Made by a program: the position numbers and the translations under genes
Shown here: positions 1 to 10,057 of the stretch, in pieces
How the letters are laid out: every line of letters begins with the position of its first letter
How positions within the stretch are numbered: the stretch's first letter is position 1
The notes under the pieces: generated by a model
Databases searched by the model: none
Told to the model about the DNA's origin: nothing
The model's input: the letters and a program-made list of their open reading frames with translations, nothing else
Source: a virus
DNA: 64,000 nt
Direction: 5' to 3' (one strand)
IMG/VR virus record: IMGVR_UViG_3300031227_000018
Coordinates: 45,219-109,218 of that record

Positions 1-311
1 TAATTCGAGCATCTCAGTACACAGCTAAAACATTGCGTGAACAACTTGAGACAGCTTTTGTGGGTAAAACTAAGGCTGGAGGAACGACTCTTGCTCAAGG
101 TATTAAGGGTTATGCCCAAATGATTCTTGGCTCTTTGTTGAGGCAAAACATATTAGTTGGAGATAGTAGAAATGGTGGTCTTGGATATCGCGGTTTAACT
201 GTCAATGTATCTGGTGGAACTGTTACTTTGGATGTAATTATTACACCAATTCAAGGAATTGATTTTGTCTTAAATAATATCACTTTGGCTAATATCAGTG
301 ATGCTGCTTAA
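1..311 (+). CDS. Contractile tail sheath protein, C-terminal fragment (5' truncated by window)
   Basis: Frame is open from the window edge. Ends in a sheath-like C-terminus (VTLDVIITPIQGIDFVLNNITL) and lies directly upstream of the tube gene. Confidence 0.8.
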   Translation, partial: IRASQYTAKTLREQLETAFVGKTKAGGTTLAQGIKGYAQMILGSLLRQNILVGDSRNGGLGYRGLTVNVSGGTVTLDVIITPIQGIDFVLNNITLANISDAA

Positions 312-328
312 AATAAAGGAGGATTAAC

Positions 329-808
329 ATGTCCGGATCAAGAGTTGATGAAGGTGTAAATCCAAGTGCCGTTTTAACAGGTGCGAAGATAACATTTTAT
401 CTTGGTGAAACAGTTGTGGCGTATGGCAGTGCACTTAATGTGACGATCAATCAAGGACTAACCCCTATCCATACTATAGATAGGTTAGCTCCCGTTGAGT
501 ATGCCGAAATTGATTATACCTGTACATTTTCTATAACAAGATTTAGAGTGCCGAAGAATAATGCAAGGCCAGGGACGGGTTCTCCGGTTGAATTAGGTTG
601 GCAATCTAAGTTGCAGAATATGTTGACACAGGGCACAATTTCCGCGCGAGTGTATGATAAATCAACTCAACAAAATGTGCTAGTTATTGAAGAAGTTAAA
701 ATGACAACTCGTAACTTTTCAATTGCTGCAAGAGATGTTGGCAATGAAACTCTTGATTTTGTTGGTATCCTTGCATATGATGAAGCTGGGGAACAAAACG
801 TCATTTAA
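329..808 (+). CDS. Tail tube protein
   Basis: 159 aa, beta-rich, strong SD (AAGGAGG), follows the sheath gene in canonical myovirus order. Confidence 0.8.
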   Translation: MSGSRVDEGVNPSAVLTGAKITFYLGETVVAYGSALNVTINQGLTPIHTIDRLAPVEYAEIDYTCTFSITRFRVPKNNARPGTGSPVELGWQSKLQNMLTQGTISARVYDKSTQQNVLVIEEVKMTTRNFSIAARDVGNETLDFVGILAYDEAGEQNVI

Positions 809-825
809 AATTGCTGACATGATCT

Positions 826-866
826 GTGGGGAGGGCGGGTCCCCTTCTTCGGCCTGCCCTTCTCAC
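826..866 (+). other. GC-rich 16-bp stem-loop after tube gene (mRNA stabiliser, processing site or atypical terminator)
   Basis: GTGGGGAGGGCGGGTC (826-841) pairs with GGCCTGCCCTTCTCAC (851-866), including G-U pairs. 9-nt loop, no U-tract. Confidence 0.6.
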
Positions 867-975
867 TCCCCCTAAAATAAAAACTGCAGTTACCTAAAAA
901 GATTTATATGAACTTACCTAAAAACATTGTTGTAAAACCACTTAAAATTAAACTAAAAAGAAAAAGGAGAATATT

Positions 976-1389
976 ATGAATTTCGATAGTTTACCGCAAT
1001 TTGAGTTTGGATTTGAAGTAGATGTGATTGGAAGTGAAACGAAAGAAAGGTACAAAGGAAGTTTTGTTTATTGTCGGCCCAAGATCAAAGAACAGTCGGA
1101 AATAGCTCGTCTTAAAGGTCGTCTTGATGGTGGTGTAGATGTTGGTCTTACTATGGTCACCATCCACGATGCACTCGCCCGTTTAAAAATCACTTTAAAA
1201 GAATATCCTAAATGGTGGGAAAAATGTGATTATGGAATGGAACTTTACGATCTTAATGTGATCGCAGAGTTATTGAAACATATAAATGATTTTGAAGATC
1301 AATTTATAGAAAAAATAAGCGACAAACAACCGAAGGAAAAAAAGAAAGAAGGAAAAGAAGAAAAGACCGATGAACAATCAGACACTTAA
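976..1389 (+). CDS. Tail assembly chaperone
   Basis: Position between tube and tape measure; SD AAGGAG; size typical. Confidence 0.65.
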   Translation: MNFDSLPQFEFGFEVDVIGSETKERYKGSFVYCRPKIKEQSEIARLKGRLDGGVDVGLTMVTIHDALARLKITLKEYPKWWEKCDYGMELYDLNVIAELLKHINDFEDQFIEKISDKQPKEKKKEGKEEKTDEQSDT

Positions 1390-1750
1390 AAATATCAAGA
1401 AGACCGCTCTTGATAATGTGAATAAAACTGTCAATGACGTGGATTCATTGCACATATATCTTAAACGGTGGTGGTGTTGGTATTACAAACGCCCATATAA
1501 AGATTCTTTGTTAGGCGAATACACTTATGAAGAGTTGTTGTTGGAATATTGGGAAAGTATATTTTTGAATGATGAAGAATCTCGTATGCAAGCTGAAGTT
1601 GATTTTCAGGCAGTTTCAGAAGAGGATAAGGAAGATTATGAAGATTGGTTGAAAGAAGAGATGGGCGATGACTATCAGTCACCATTAGAAATGCAGGATG
1701 CATTTGATAAAACCGATAAGACTGAGGAAGTGAAAAATGCCAAAGCATGA
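1370..1750 (+). CDS. Second tail assembly chaperone ORF (GT-like)
   Basis: Overlaps the first chaperone ORF and the tape measure start; acidic C-terminus. Confidence 0.55.
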   Translation: MNNQTLKNIKKTALDNVNKTVNDVDSLHIYLKRWWCWYYKRPYKDSLLGEYTYEELLLEYWESIFLNDEESRMQAEVDFQAVSEEDKEDYEDWLKEEMGDDYQSPLEMQDAFDKTDKTEEVKNAKA

Positions 1751-3920
1751 ATTAGAAATTGGATTAAATTTCAAATCCGATAGAAAAAGTGTAGATTCGA
1801 TTAAGCGTGAATTGGAACGGGGAATTAAACTACCCAAAGATGTAAAAAGTTTGTTGGATGGCTCATACATTAAAACTATTGAAACATTTGACAGAAGTCT
1901 TTCTCGTATCATAGGCAAACTTCAAAAATTTTCAGGGTTATCTCAAGGGCGTCCCCTTACTTCAGGGGAAGGTTATCGGGTTGGAAGACTTCAAGAAACC
2001 TTAACACAAGAAATGCACGGTAGAAGTAAAGTTGTGCAGGAAATGCAACAAATGTCCGCAGCGAGAACGGTTGGAGGTGGAAGTGGGATTGGCCAAGTTG
2101 CAAGTGCCGCAGCAGGAAGGTTGGGGTTAGGTCGTGTAGCATCATCAATAGCTGGTGGGGCTTCAGCGGCATCGGTTGTTGCTTCGGCTGGTGTAACCGC
2201 AGCAATTGCATATGGATTTAGAGCTTTGGGTGGTTATGGCAAGTGGAAAGAAGCTGCTCCAGCGTACGCAAAATTGTCGGGATTGGGTTATAATCCTTCT
2301 CCTTCTACAATGTATGGTGCCACACAGTATGGATTTGGATCCGGGAGAACTCGTCAATTAATGACTGGCATTACAACTGGAATGGGTCGTATGGATGGAG
2401 GGGTTATGACCCAGATAATGAAAGCCAGTAAGGCGTATGGATTAGATCCTCAAATGTTAGGTCAATTCCCAGGTATGTTGACAAAAATGGGTGGGAATAA
2501 CATCCAAAAACAACAGGCTGAAATTTTTGCTGCTGCATTTAATACAAAACTTGAGAGGGGTAGGATTGGAGAATACCTTGAGGCCACTGCTTCAACAATG
2601 CAACAAATTTCTCAATCTGCTCCAGGGGCAAGTGCATCTTCTATTTCTGGAATGATGTCGACTTTAAGTAGGGGTGGAGGGGTTCTGACGCCTGGTGTGG
2701 CAGGTGGAATGGCATCGGGGTTGAATGAATTGTTAAGAAATCCACAAGGTGGATTAGGTATGTTGATGATGGGTGCCACTAGTGATGTGTTGAAGAAGGG
2801 TGGTTATAGTGGTGCAATGTATGAGGGTATGTACAGGATGTCAAGGGAAAGTATGTTTTTACCTACGCCTGGAGAATTGCCGGGAAAATTTCCAATCACC
2901 CATATGATGGGTAAACAAGGACCGATGACTGAGTTGTCTCGTGCATTTCATTCTGGCGGAGGCACGATGGGGTTGTTGGGGTCTTTTCGTAAACAACTTG
3001 AAGGGTTGGGTGGTGGAGGTGCTGCTGATATTTTACTTTCAAGAGCTCCTGGATTTAAGTCTGCGAATGCGGCAAGAGAGTTTTTATCTAAGGTGGAATT
3101 TGCTGAAATGATGGGTGACACTAAGGGGTTGAAGGGGTTGAGTCGTGAATATGAGCTAAATACAGAAAAAAACCTCATAGATATAAATAAAACTTTAGCT
3201 GGAAAAGAGGGTGTTTTAGGTGCATTGGACGAGTTAAATAAGGAAATTGTTGGAAAAAGCGTTGGTCAAGCAACTTTAGATATGAGGCAAACTCTTTTGA
3301 ATCTTGAAAAAGGTTTTACCCCGTTGTTTTCTGTTATTTCCAAATTTACAGGTCCAGGAATAGCTCCATCAGGTTGGGATAAAATGGTGGATAAAATTAG
3401 AAATAAAACAGGTCTTTATCCAAAAAAAACAGGTGAATCATTTGGAGGATCTGTACCATCAACGGTTGATGAAATCTCAGGTGGGGGAGGGTTTTTGGGG
3501 AGTGGTCTGGTTGATGTTAAAAATGCGTGGGGAACAAGAAAAAATATTCATACATCAGATCTTGGCGGTATAGGTTGGAATGTCCCTTCTGGTACAGATT
3601 TGAGGTACAACATTCCATCCAAAGTGACTGGCGTTGGAGAAGGAAGTGTCACTGTAACAGGTCCGTATGGGTTTAAAGTTACTACAAAAAATCTACCTAA
3701 AATATACGCAAAGAAGGGTCAAATATTAGGTTCTAATGAATTGTTTGGTGTATCAGGGTCGGTTCCGCCTGTCACTAAAGCTTATGATCCAAATGGGCAG
3801 TTAATGGATCCCAGGCTTTATAGTAAGTGGGTGGAAATGGTAGGTGAAATGTTTGGTAAAGGTGCAGCACCGTGGCAGGGTAAATTGATAAGTCCACAAG
3901 AGATGTCTTCAGTGAGATAA
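1737..3920 (+). CDS. Tape measure protein with C-terminal degenerate M23/LytM-like domain
   Basis: 727 aa, Gly/Ala/Met-rich and helical, placed after the chaperones. C-terminus follows the LytM fold pattern without the Zn ligands. Confidence 0.75.
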   Translation: MPKHELEIGLNFKSDRKSVDSIKRELERGIKLPKDVKSLLDGSYIKTIETFDRSLSRIIGKLQKFSGLSQGRPLTSGEGYRVGRLQETLTQEMHGRSKVVQEMQQMSAARTVGGGSGIGQVASAAAGRLGLGRVASSIAGGASAASVVASAGVTAAIAYGFRALGGYGKWKEAAPAYAKLSGLGYNPSPSTMYGATQYGFGSGRTRQLMTGITTGMGRMDGGVMTQIMKASKAYGLDPQMLGQFPGMLTKMGGNNIQKQQAEIFAAAFNTKLERGRIGEYLEATASTMQQISQSAPGASASSISGMMSTLSRGGGVLTPGVAGGMASGLNELLRNPQGGLGMLMMGATSDVLKKGGYSGAMYEGMYRMSRESMFLPTPGELPGKFPITHMMGKQGPMTELSRAFHSGGGTMGLLGSFRKQLEGLGGGGAADILLSRAPGFKSANAAREFLSKVEFAEMMGDTKGLKGLSREYELNTEKNLIDINKTLAGKEGVLGALDELNKEIVGKSVGQATLDMRQTLLNLEKGFTPLFSVISKFTGPGIAPSGWDKMVDKIRNKTGLYPKKTGESFGGSVPSTVDEISGGGGFLGSGLVDVKNAWGTRKNIHTSDLGGIGWNVPSGTDLRYNIPSKVTGVGEGSVTVTGPYGFKVTTKNLPKIYAKKGQILGSNELFGVSGSVPPVTKAYDPNGQLMDPRLYSKWVEMVGEMFGKGAAPWQGKLISPQEMSSVR

Positions 3921-3929
3921 GGGGTAGAA

Positions 3930-5741
3930 ATGCCGATATCTAGAGTTATGCCAAAGATAACTTCTAAGGGTGGATCCCAATCTTATTCGTCAGGCTGTAA
4001 GGTTGAAGTTTATCACTATTGTAAACATCAACCTGATGGTATATCCGATGATGCAGATTTGAAAGATGTCTTAGAATCTAAAGTTTTAACATTTAACAGT
4101 AATTCCGAATGCAACCCAGTTGTAAGTTCTCATTTTGCAAAATCAAATACAGCTGGAGCAGGACAATTCAGTTTCACCCTTTTACCCACTGAGAATTGGC
4201 AAAGTCAAATTATGCCCGGAGATTGGGTTCTTATTTATTTAACAAACGGTAGAGATACGAATAAAACAAGCACACCAGCTGATAATCGTAAACCAAGGGT
4301 GATAGCTAGTAGTACCAGCCAAATTTCTGAACGTAGAGAACAAACAGATGTAAGGTATCATGGGAGTGAAGAAGAAACTTTTTATTGGACAGATGAAGAA
4401 TACAGTCGATTTCGAACAGAGAGTGCTGGTGTTGGTTGGTCTAGAAACATATTGAATTTAGCTCGAGAATACAATGCCAGAATTAGGGCTAACCCTGGGA
4501 ACAATTTAGAGTCGGAGCCTGAAGATATCTGGTCTTTGCGGTGTTTGGGTGTTGTAGATTCGGTGGTCAAAAATACCATTGTCAATCCTGTGAATGGTGC
4601 TAAAACTATTCGATACATAGTTGGAGGGCAAGATTTTGGCAAGGTGTTTACAAACTATTCTATCATGCTTTATCCTTGGATAGCGAAAGATAAGATGCAG
4701 GGATTTTATATATGGCAAGTTTTGGAGGCATTAGAAGGAAATGCCGGAGAAATAGTAACCAAAATGATTAAGGGTTTTTTAAGTAAAAAGATTGATGAAG
4801 TTGCGGGGTGGCCTGGAGGTGCTGGTGCGCTGCAATGGTATATTCCGAATCAATTGGCGCAAAAATTTAAAGTTGGAAGTTCGAAAGATGGGTCAAAGTT
4901 TTATGACATTTTAAACATGAAACATATAGAGTTGGATATGGATGGAAATTATTTCACAGCCAACCCCGACCCGAACACTACATTGTGGAATATGATGAAA
5001 CAGTATTCTAATGATCCGATAAATGAAATGTTTTGTGAAATAGATGAAAAAACATCCAAACCGTCAGTGCATTTAAAACAAATCCCATTTGCTTTTGCTA
5101 ATTATGAAGATAAAAATTTAGATCATATAAACAAATTTAAGGATTTAGCTTCTGTTGAAATTAAGGACAATGAAATATTGGGTAGTTCGTTAACTTATTC
5201 TGGTCATGACGGATACAATTTTTTCTTAATGGCAGGCGTCATTTATGACGACAATGTCACTTCCCCTTATCTATCTGTGAGTACATTGCAACCTGATTTT
5301 CCTTACATCAATAAAACGATGAACAAAAGGTACGGATTGTTACCAATAAGAAATTCTGTTATGTTTATACAAAAAAGTGCAACCAAAACAAACGACAGTC
5401 TTTTGAAGTCTTGGAATAATTTGTTTAAACATTGGTATCAATACAATAGGTATTTTGAAAAGGGTAGTATGACAATTATGGGTAACCCTGGTATCAGATT
5501 AGGGAAGCGATTGGATGTGATGATTGAGGGAGCAGATAAGGCGGAAGGGCAACAGCCGGAAAAAAGGTCATACTACATTGAATCTTATGTTGACACTTGG
5601 GATTATCCTAATCGGTGGTCTCAAGATGTAACTTTAACGAGAGGTGTTTATTACGATAGATTTGGTCAAGAGAAATTCAACCATGAAACAAAGGAATCGA
5701 GTGAATTGCCAATTGGTCAAACTGTAATTAAAAGAAACTGA
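3930..5741 (+). CDS. Baseplate hub protein (gp27/Tal-like)
   Basis: Follows tape measure; AGQFSFTL..PGDWVLIYL N-terminus and GSMTIMGNPGIRLGKRL..YYIESY C-terminus typical of hubs. Confidence 0.65.
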   Translation: MPISRVMPKITSKGGSQSYSSGCKVEVYHYCKHQPDGISDDADLKDVLESKVLTFNSNSECNPVVSSHFAKSNTAGAGQFSFTLLPTENWQSQIMPGDWVLIYLTNGRDTNKTSTPADNRKPRVIASSTSQISERREQTDVRYHGSEEETFYWTDEEYSRFRTESAGVGWSRNILNLAREYNARIRANPGNNLESEPEDIWSLRCLGVVDSVVKNTIVNPVNGAKTIRYIVGGQDFGKVFTNYSIMLYPWIAKDKMQGFYIWQVLEALEGNAGEIVTKMIKGFLSKKIDEVAGWPGGAGALQWYIPNQLAQKFKVGSSKDGSKFYDILNMKHIELDMDGNYFTANPDPNTTLWNMMKQYSNDPINEMFCEIDEKTSKPSVHLKQIPFAFANYEDKNLDHINKFKDLASVEIKDNEILGSSLTYSGHDGYNFFLMAGVIYDDNVTSPYLSVSTLQPDFPYINKTMNKRYGLLPIRNSVMFIQKSATKTNDSLLKSWNNLFKHWYQYNRYFEKGSMTIMGNPGIRLGKRLDVMIEGADKAEGQQPEKRSYYIESYVDTWDYPNRWSQDVTLTRGVYYDRFGQEKFNHETKESSELPIGQTVIKRN

Positions 5742-5749
5742 GGATAGTT

Positions 5750-6658
5750 ATGCCGCATTTTATGCAAGATGGAACACCGATTAGTGGAAATATTCATGTG
5801 GGGATTCAAAAGGATTCTTATCAAAAACAACGTGAAAATTTTGCTATTTTAAAATGTAGAGTGGATGAGGTGATCTATATTGATGATGCAAGAAACTCAA
5901 CAAAAGGAACATCTAATGAACAAACTGAGTATATATTGACAATCATTGGTGGCCCTGAATTGGGGAATCGAATTTTCAATGCCATCAGTGTAGTTCCGTT
6001 AGGCGGTGTTTATAATAGTGGTGAAATCATACATGACGAATTGATTGAGGGTGACACTTCCGGTGAATTTGAAAAAGAACCCAATAAAACCCATGGAGCC
6101 ATAGTTTTATTGGCTAGGGTGAGTGGACGCAAAGGTAATAATGTTATTGTTGGTTGTTTAAAACATCCAAAATCAATACAGAAAATAAGAAAAGATGATG
6201 GTAGGAAAATTCTTTATCAATATAATGGATTGGAAATCGCTGTTGATAAAGAAGGCGGAATCACTTTGACAAATATGGGAGGACCAAGAGACAAAAATGG
6301 TGATCCTACAAATACAGAAGCTGAAGGAGCTTCTATTGGTATTGATTCTGATGGAATGATGTCGATGAAAAAAGGAAGTCAAGAAATAAGTATGGACAAT
6401 GAGGGGCAAGTCAGTATAAAAGCAGCTGGTGAAAATGAAATGGTAATGACTTCCGATGGTCAAACAGAAATGAAAAGTCAAATTACAAATATACAGAGTA
6501 AGCAAGCGTTAAACATTAAGAGTCAACTCACCTCCATTGGGCAGGGAGGGACTCCTGGTGCGCGGATTGGGGACATATGTGTTGGAACTGGAAATGAAGG
6601 TAGACCTGTGATGTCTAAAATTATAAACGGTTCATTTATAACGATGATGGGGAGTTGA
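5750..6658 (+). CDS. Baseplate central spike (gpV/gp5-like)
   Basis: OB-like N-terminus, beta-helix repeats (ISMDNEGQVSIKA), C-terminal PGARIGD..KIINGS tip motif. Confidence 0.7.
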   Translation: MPHFMQDGTPISGNIHVGIQKDSYQKQRENFAILKCRVDEVIYIDDARNSTKGTSNEQTEYILTIIGGPELGNRIFNAISVVPLGGVYNSGEIIHDELIEGDTSGEFEKEPNKTHGAIVLLARVSGRKGNNVIVGCLKHPKSIQKIRKDDGRKILYQYNGLEIAVDKEGGITLTNMGGPRDKNGDPTNTEAEGASIGIDSDGMMSMKKGSQEISMDNEGQVSIKAAGENEMVMTSDGQTEMKSQITNIQSKQALNIKSQLTSIGQGGTPGARIGDICVGTGNEGRPVMSKIINGSFITMMGS

Positions 6659-6659
6659 C

Positions 6660-8156
6660 ATGGCTGTAGTTTTAACTCCAGATATGAGAAAAGCAGTTTC
6701 CAGGAGGTTGGTGAAACTTCCTGGAGAAATAGTTGCATTGACAAATACATCAGACAATCTTGATGATGCAGGAACTGCGTATGGGAAGGTTGATGAATCT
6801 AACTCTGAATTTCTTCAAAATTGGTTGAATATTGCGAATATGTATTTGGATGAAAAACAAAATATCAATGGTGAAGAATATGACACGTACAATCAAGGGG
6901 TAGGAGATGATTTTGATATTGATCGAGTTTTCATCACCAATCCCACGTTAAATGTATTCTTTCCAGTCAGTCATGCTACGTTATCTGACAATTATTTTCT
7001 TAATCCTCAAATAAATATTTACACAAATAGTGCTGCTAATGGAGTGATATCGGCAACTTATGAGTCTAGGGTTTCAAAAGATTATGAAATGTTGGCTCTT
7101 ACTTTATTGACAGGGTTGACAGGGGGAGTCAATACAACTGTAGCTGTAACGTATAGCGGTGGTAACACTCTACAAGTTGCTAATGGTGCGGGAACTTCGA
7201 ATGATTCTTGTGTTATTGTAGATGGAGATAACGGAGCTGTGGTTCCTTCTCAATATCTTTTTTATATTGCTTCTGGGGGAGGAACGAACACCTTAACAGG
7301 TTGGGCTATTTCTGGTGGCCCTGGTAATGTAGTTCCCGCAGGTTCTCAAGTGGTTGTTGGTGGTGGAGTGGTGTGGAGTGATGCAGCAAGAGACAGCTTG
7401 TCCGGTGCCGCACCTTTTGTGATACTTTCAAATAATATTGTTACTTATATGAATAATACAGCAATTTGGAGTGGTCATTTAACCGCTGAAGATGTAGCGT
7501 TAACAGCCAATGATGATGCAAGAGCACCACAGCAAGCTCAGAATACAGCGGCATTAGCAGCTATACCCATTATTGAAGCAGCGACCACCACTTGGTTGAC
7601 ATTTCCGGTTTCAGATGTGGGTGGTAATAGTAGATATAATGATCCAGCTTTAACAGCGTTTCAAACTCCGGTGGATGTTCGTTCAGCTTTTGTAGTTACG
7701 AGGTTGGCACAAATTGTAGTTGCGTTAGGTGCGGTTGCTTATATCGGAGGTGGTCCAACATTTACAGCAACTGGAGCTGCAGGGAATAAGTATCGTTGGG
7801 CAGATAGACGTTGTAACAAAAATTATGGATCGTTATCTCAAGAAGATAATGCAGAATCAACGAAAGAGATAATAGATGAACAAAAACAAAATTCAGAAGA
7901 TTTATTGATTGATTATGAAGCTGTAATGACAGCGGCAGCCTTAAATGTAGAACCTACCGGGAGTAAAACGGTTTATATAACGGATGTATCAGGTTTTAGT
8001 GTAGGGGATTCGATTTATGCAATTGATGAATTAAATCTAGAATTGAATGGTTTTGTTACAGGGGTTTACGTAGATATAAATAGGATGGATTTAAGTTTTG
8101 ATTTTCCATCCACATACACTTTGGATTATTTGGCGCGTGTGTATAAATTATTGTAG
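6660..8156 (+). CDS. Putative virion/baseplate structural protein
   Basis: 498 aa, within the baseplate operon, Gly/Ala/Thr/Val-rich; no family recognised. Confidence 0.5.
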   Translation: MAVVLTPDMRKAVSRRLVKLPGEIVALTNTSDNLDDAGTAYGKVDESNSEFLQNWLNIANMYLDEKQNINGEEYDTYNQGVGDDFDIDRVFITNPTLNVFFPVSHATLSDNYFLNPQINIYTNSAANGVISATYESRVSKDYEMLALTLLTGLTGGVNTTVAVTYSGGNTLQVANGAGTSNDSCVIVDGDNGAVVPSQYLFYIASGGGTNTLTGWAISGGPGNVVPAGSQVVVGGGVVWSDAARDSLSGAAPFVILSNNIVTYMNNTAIWSGHLTAEDVALTANDDARAPQQAQNTAALAAIPIIEAATTTWLTFPVSDVGGNSRYNDPALTAFQTPVDVRSAFVVTRLAQIVVALGAVAYIGGGPTFTATGAAGNKYRWADRRCNKNYGSLSQEDNAESTKEIIDEQKQNSEDLLIDYEAVMTAAALNVEPTGSKTVYITDVSGFSVGDSIYAIDELNLELNGFVTGVYVDINRMDLSFDFPSTYTLDYLARVYKLL

Positions 8157-8188
8157 GGTTTTCAAGTATAGTAATGCAGAGGTTTTAA

Positions 8189-10057
8189 ATGGGAATATCT
8201 ACTTTTATATCGGAAGGTGAAGATTTAATCTTAAATCAAGGTGCGAATATATTTACTACACCATTGATTCAAGGGGGTTCTGTTGTTCAAAATGCTGGTT
8301 ATATAACCAAAGGCGTTGAATATGCTCTCAATAGAATTAAAACAAGTAATTGGAGATTTGATTTAGGATACGGTTTTTCGGTGGAAGGGGATCCGTCTAA
8401 CAAATTTGCGAATCTTAAACTTCAAATAAATCCCAGCGAATTGAGACAATCTGAAAACTTTGCAATAACTGTTACGCCTTGTCAAACTGGAGTGATTACA
8501 GAGCATCAAGGGTTTGTAATTAAAAATTTGACTATTTCGGGTACGACTGGAATGAGACCGATGGGGGCTGTTAGAACTGGTTACGCTGAGTTTATGAGAT
8601 TGAGGAATTATCTTAGGAGTTATGCAGAGTGTAAAAAAAATCCAAACTATAAAGATTTAAAACTTATTTTTCGCAACAAAAAAGATAATGAATATTGGTA
8701 TGTAGAACCAACTGGCCCTGGAGTTGATTTAAGAAGAACACAGGATAGACCGTTTTTATATGATTATACAATTTCATTGATTATAGTGGGTTGGGCGGAG
8801 GCATATCCTCGTAGGGGTGGAGTTTATGGTCAAATTTTAGATAACATAACTCTTGTTGAGAATATTGTCGATGAGGTTGGTGATAGAATAGAGAATGCTG
8901 CGGCTATCATTCATGACAGTGCCGATCTATTGAATAGAATTAGTCGTCAAGTGGCAATCACTTTAACAATTCCACTCAATAAAGTAAGTGCAGCTTTACA
9001 AGCAATGAGATATGCAAAAACAACAGTGTCAGCCCTTCCGAGATCTTTTTATGAGGAACTTAAGAGGTCCGCTGCTGATGTGAGAGATAATTTTATTGAT
9101 TTGGTTGGATTGGGGGATTCTAGATACAATACAACATTTGGTAGAACGCCACTTTCTGCACAAAAAAGTTTTATATTATCTGATGTTAAAACTTTAGAAG
9201 CTGTTAGCAGTATAGTGACTGGTATGGATAGGGTTTTAGCTTCTGATGTTATTTTTAGCCCAGAATCAGGATCTGGAGTTTTGAGTGGAACATCGGACAA
9301 TTTAGAAAGTGCAATTGAAATTAACAGCAGTGCAGTTCAAGCTACCAGAACTGCTTCTGCCCCATCTTTGAAAGCTGCATTTAAAAATGCGCTTGATTTT
9401 GTGTTACCGCAAAGCGTTAAGGAAGAGGTTATTCAGTATAATGATACACTTGAAAAAATTGCATATCGAGTTATGGCAGATACGACATTGTGGTATCAAA
9501 TAGTTCTTCTTAACAATCTTGATCCACCTTATATTTCAGAAGATCCTATTGTGGGTAAAAACACTTTGTCATATGGGCAAACAATTTTGATTCCTCAATA
9601 TGGTACACCTGATAAAATGGCTGTATTACAAAAAGGTGATACTGAAATTACTAAGGATTTATCAATTTTTGAAAAAAATCTTGGAGTTGATTTGCAATTA
9701 ACGAATGAGAATGATATTGCCGTTAATTTAGCAGCTCAAGATTTTGAACTTATAGCTGGTGTAGAAAATGCTGCCCAAGCTGTTAATATTAAATTAGGGA
9801 TGGAGCCAGGTGCTTTAATGTATCATCCTGAAATTGGAATTGATATGCAAATTGGTCAAAAGATGGTTTATACTGCAGAAGAAATAACGGAAATGATAGA
9901 ATCCACAATTGTTGCAGATAATAGATTTGCTTCTGTTGATTCAATCCATGTTGAACGTGAGGGCAACACTTTAAGGCTCAAATTGAAAGTTTCGCTTATG
10001 CATTCAAGCAAACCTGTGCCCTTACAACTAATTTTAAGGAGTGGGGAAAATGGCTGA
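8189..10057 (+). CDS. Baseplate fusion protein: tube-initiator-like + LysM-like + gp25/W-like domains
   Basis: INPSELRQ..LTISGTTG..LYDYTISL N-terminus; NDTLEKIAYRVMAD..WYQIVLLNNL..GQTILIP (LysM); GVENAAQAV..GALMYHPEIG (gp25/W). Confidence 0.7.
   Translation: MGISTFISEGEDLILNQGANIFTTPLIQGGSVVQNAGYITKGVEYALNRIKTSNWRFDLGYGFSVEGDPSNKFANLKLQINPSELRQSENFAITVTPCQTGVITEHQGFVIKNLTISGTTGMRPMGAVRTGYAEFMRLRNYLRSYAECKKNPNYKDLKLIFRNKKDNEYWYVEPTGPGVDLRRTQDRPFLYDYTISLIIVGWAEAYPRRGGVYGQILDNITLVENIVDEVGDRIENAAAIIHDSADLLNRISRQVAITLTIPLNKVSAALQAMRYAKTTVSALPRSFYEELKRSAADVRDNFIDLVGLGDSRYNTTFGRTPLSAQKSFILSDVKTLEAVSSIVTGMDRVLASDVIFSPESGSGVLSGTSDNLESAIEINSSAVQATRTASAPSLKAAFKNALDFVLPQSVKEEVIQYNDTLEKIAYRVMADTTLWYQIVLLNNLDPPYISEDPIVGKNTLSYGQTILIPQYGTPDKMAVLQKGDTEITKDLSIFEKNLGVDLQLTNENDIAVNLAAQDFELIAGVENAAQAVNIKLGMEPGALMYHPEIGIDMQIGQKMVYTAEEITEMIESTIVADNRFASVDSIHVEREGNTLRLKLKVSLMHSSKPVPLQLILRSGENG

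Noticed and set aside
1338-1373. Classical -1 frameshift at A AAA AAG
   Set aside because: The -1 frame hits TGA at 1371 and does not join the second chaperone ORF.
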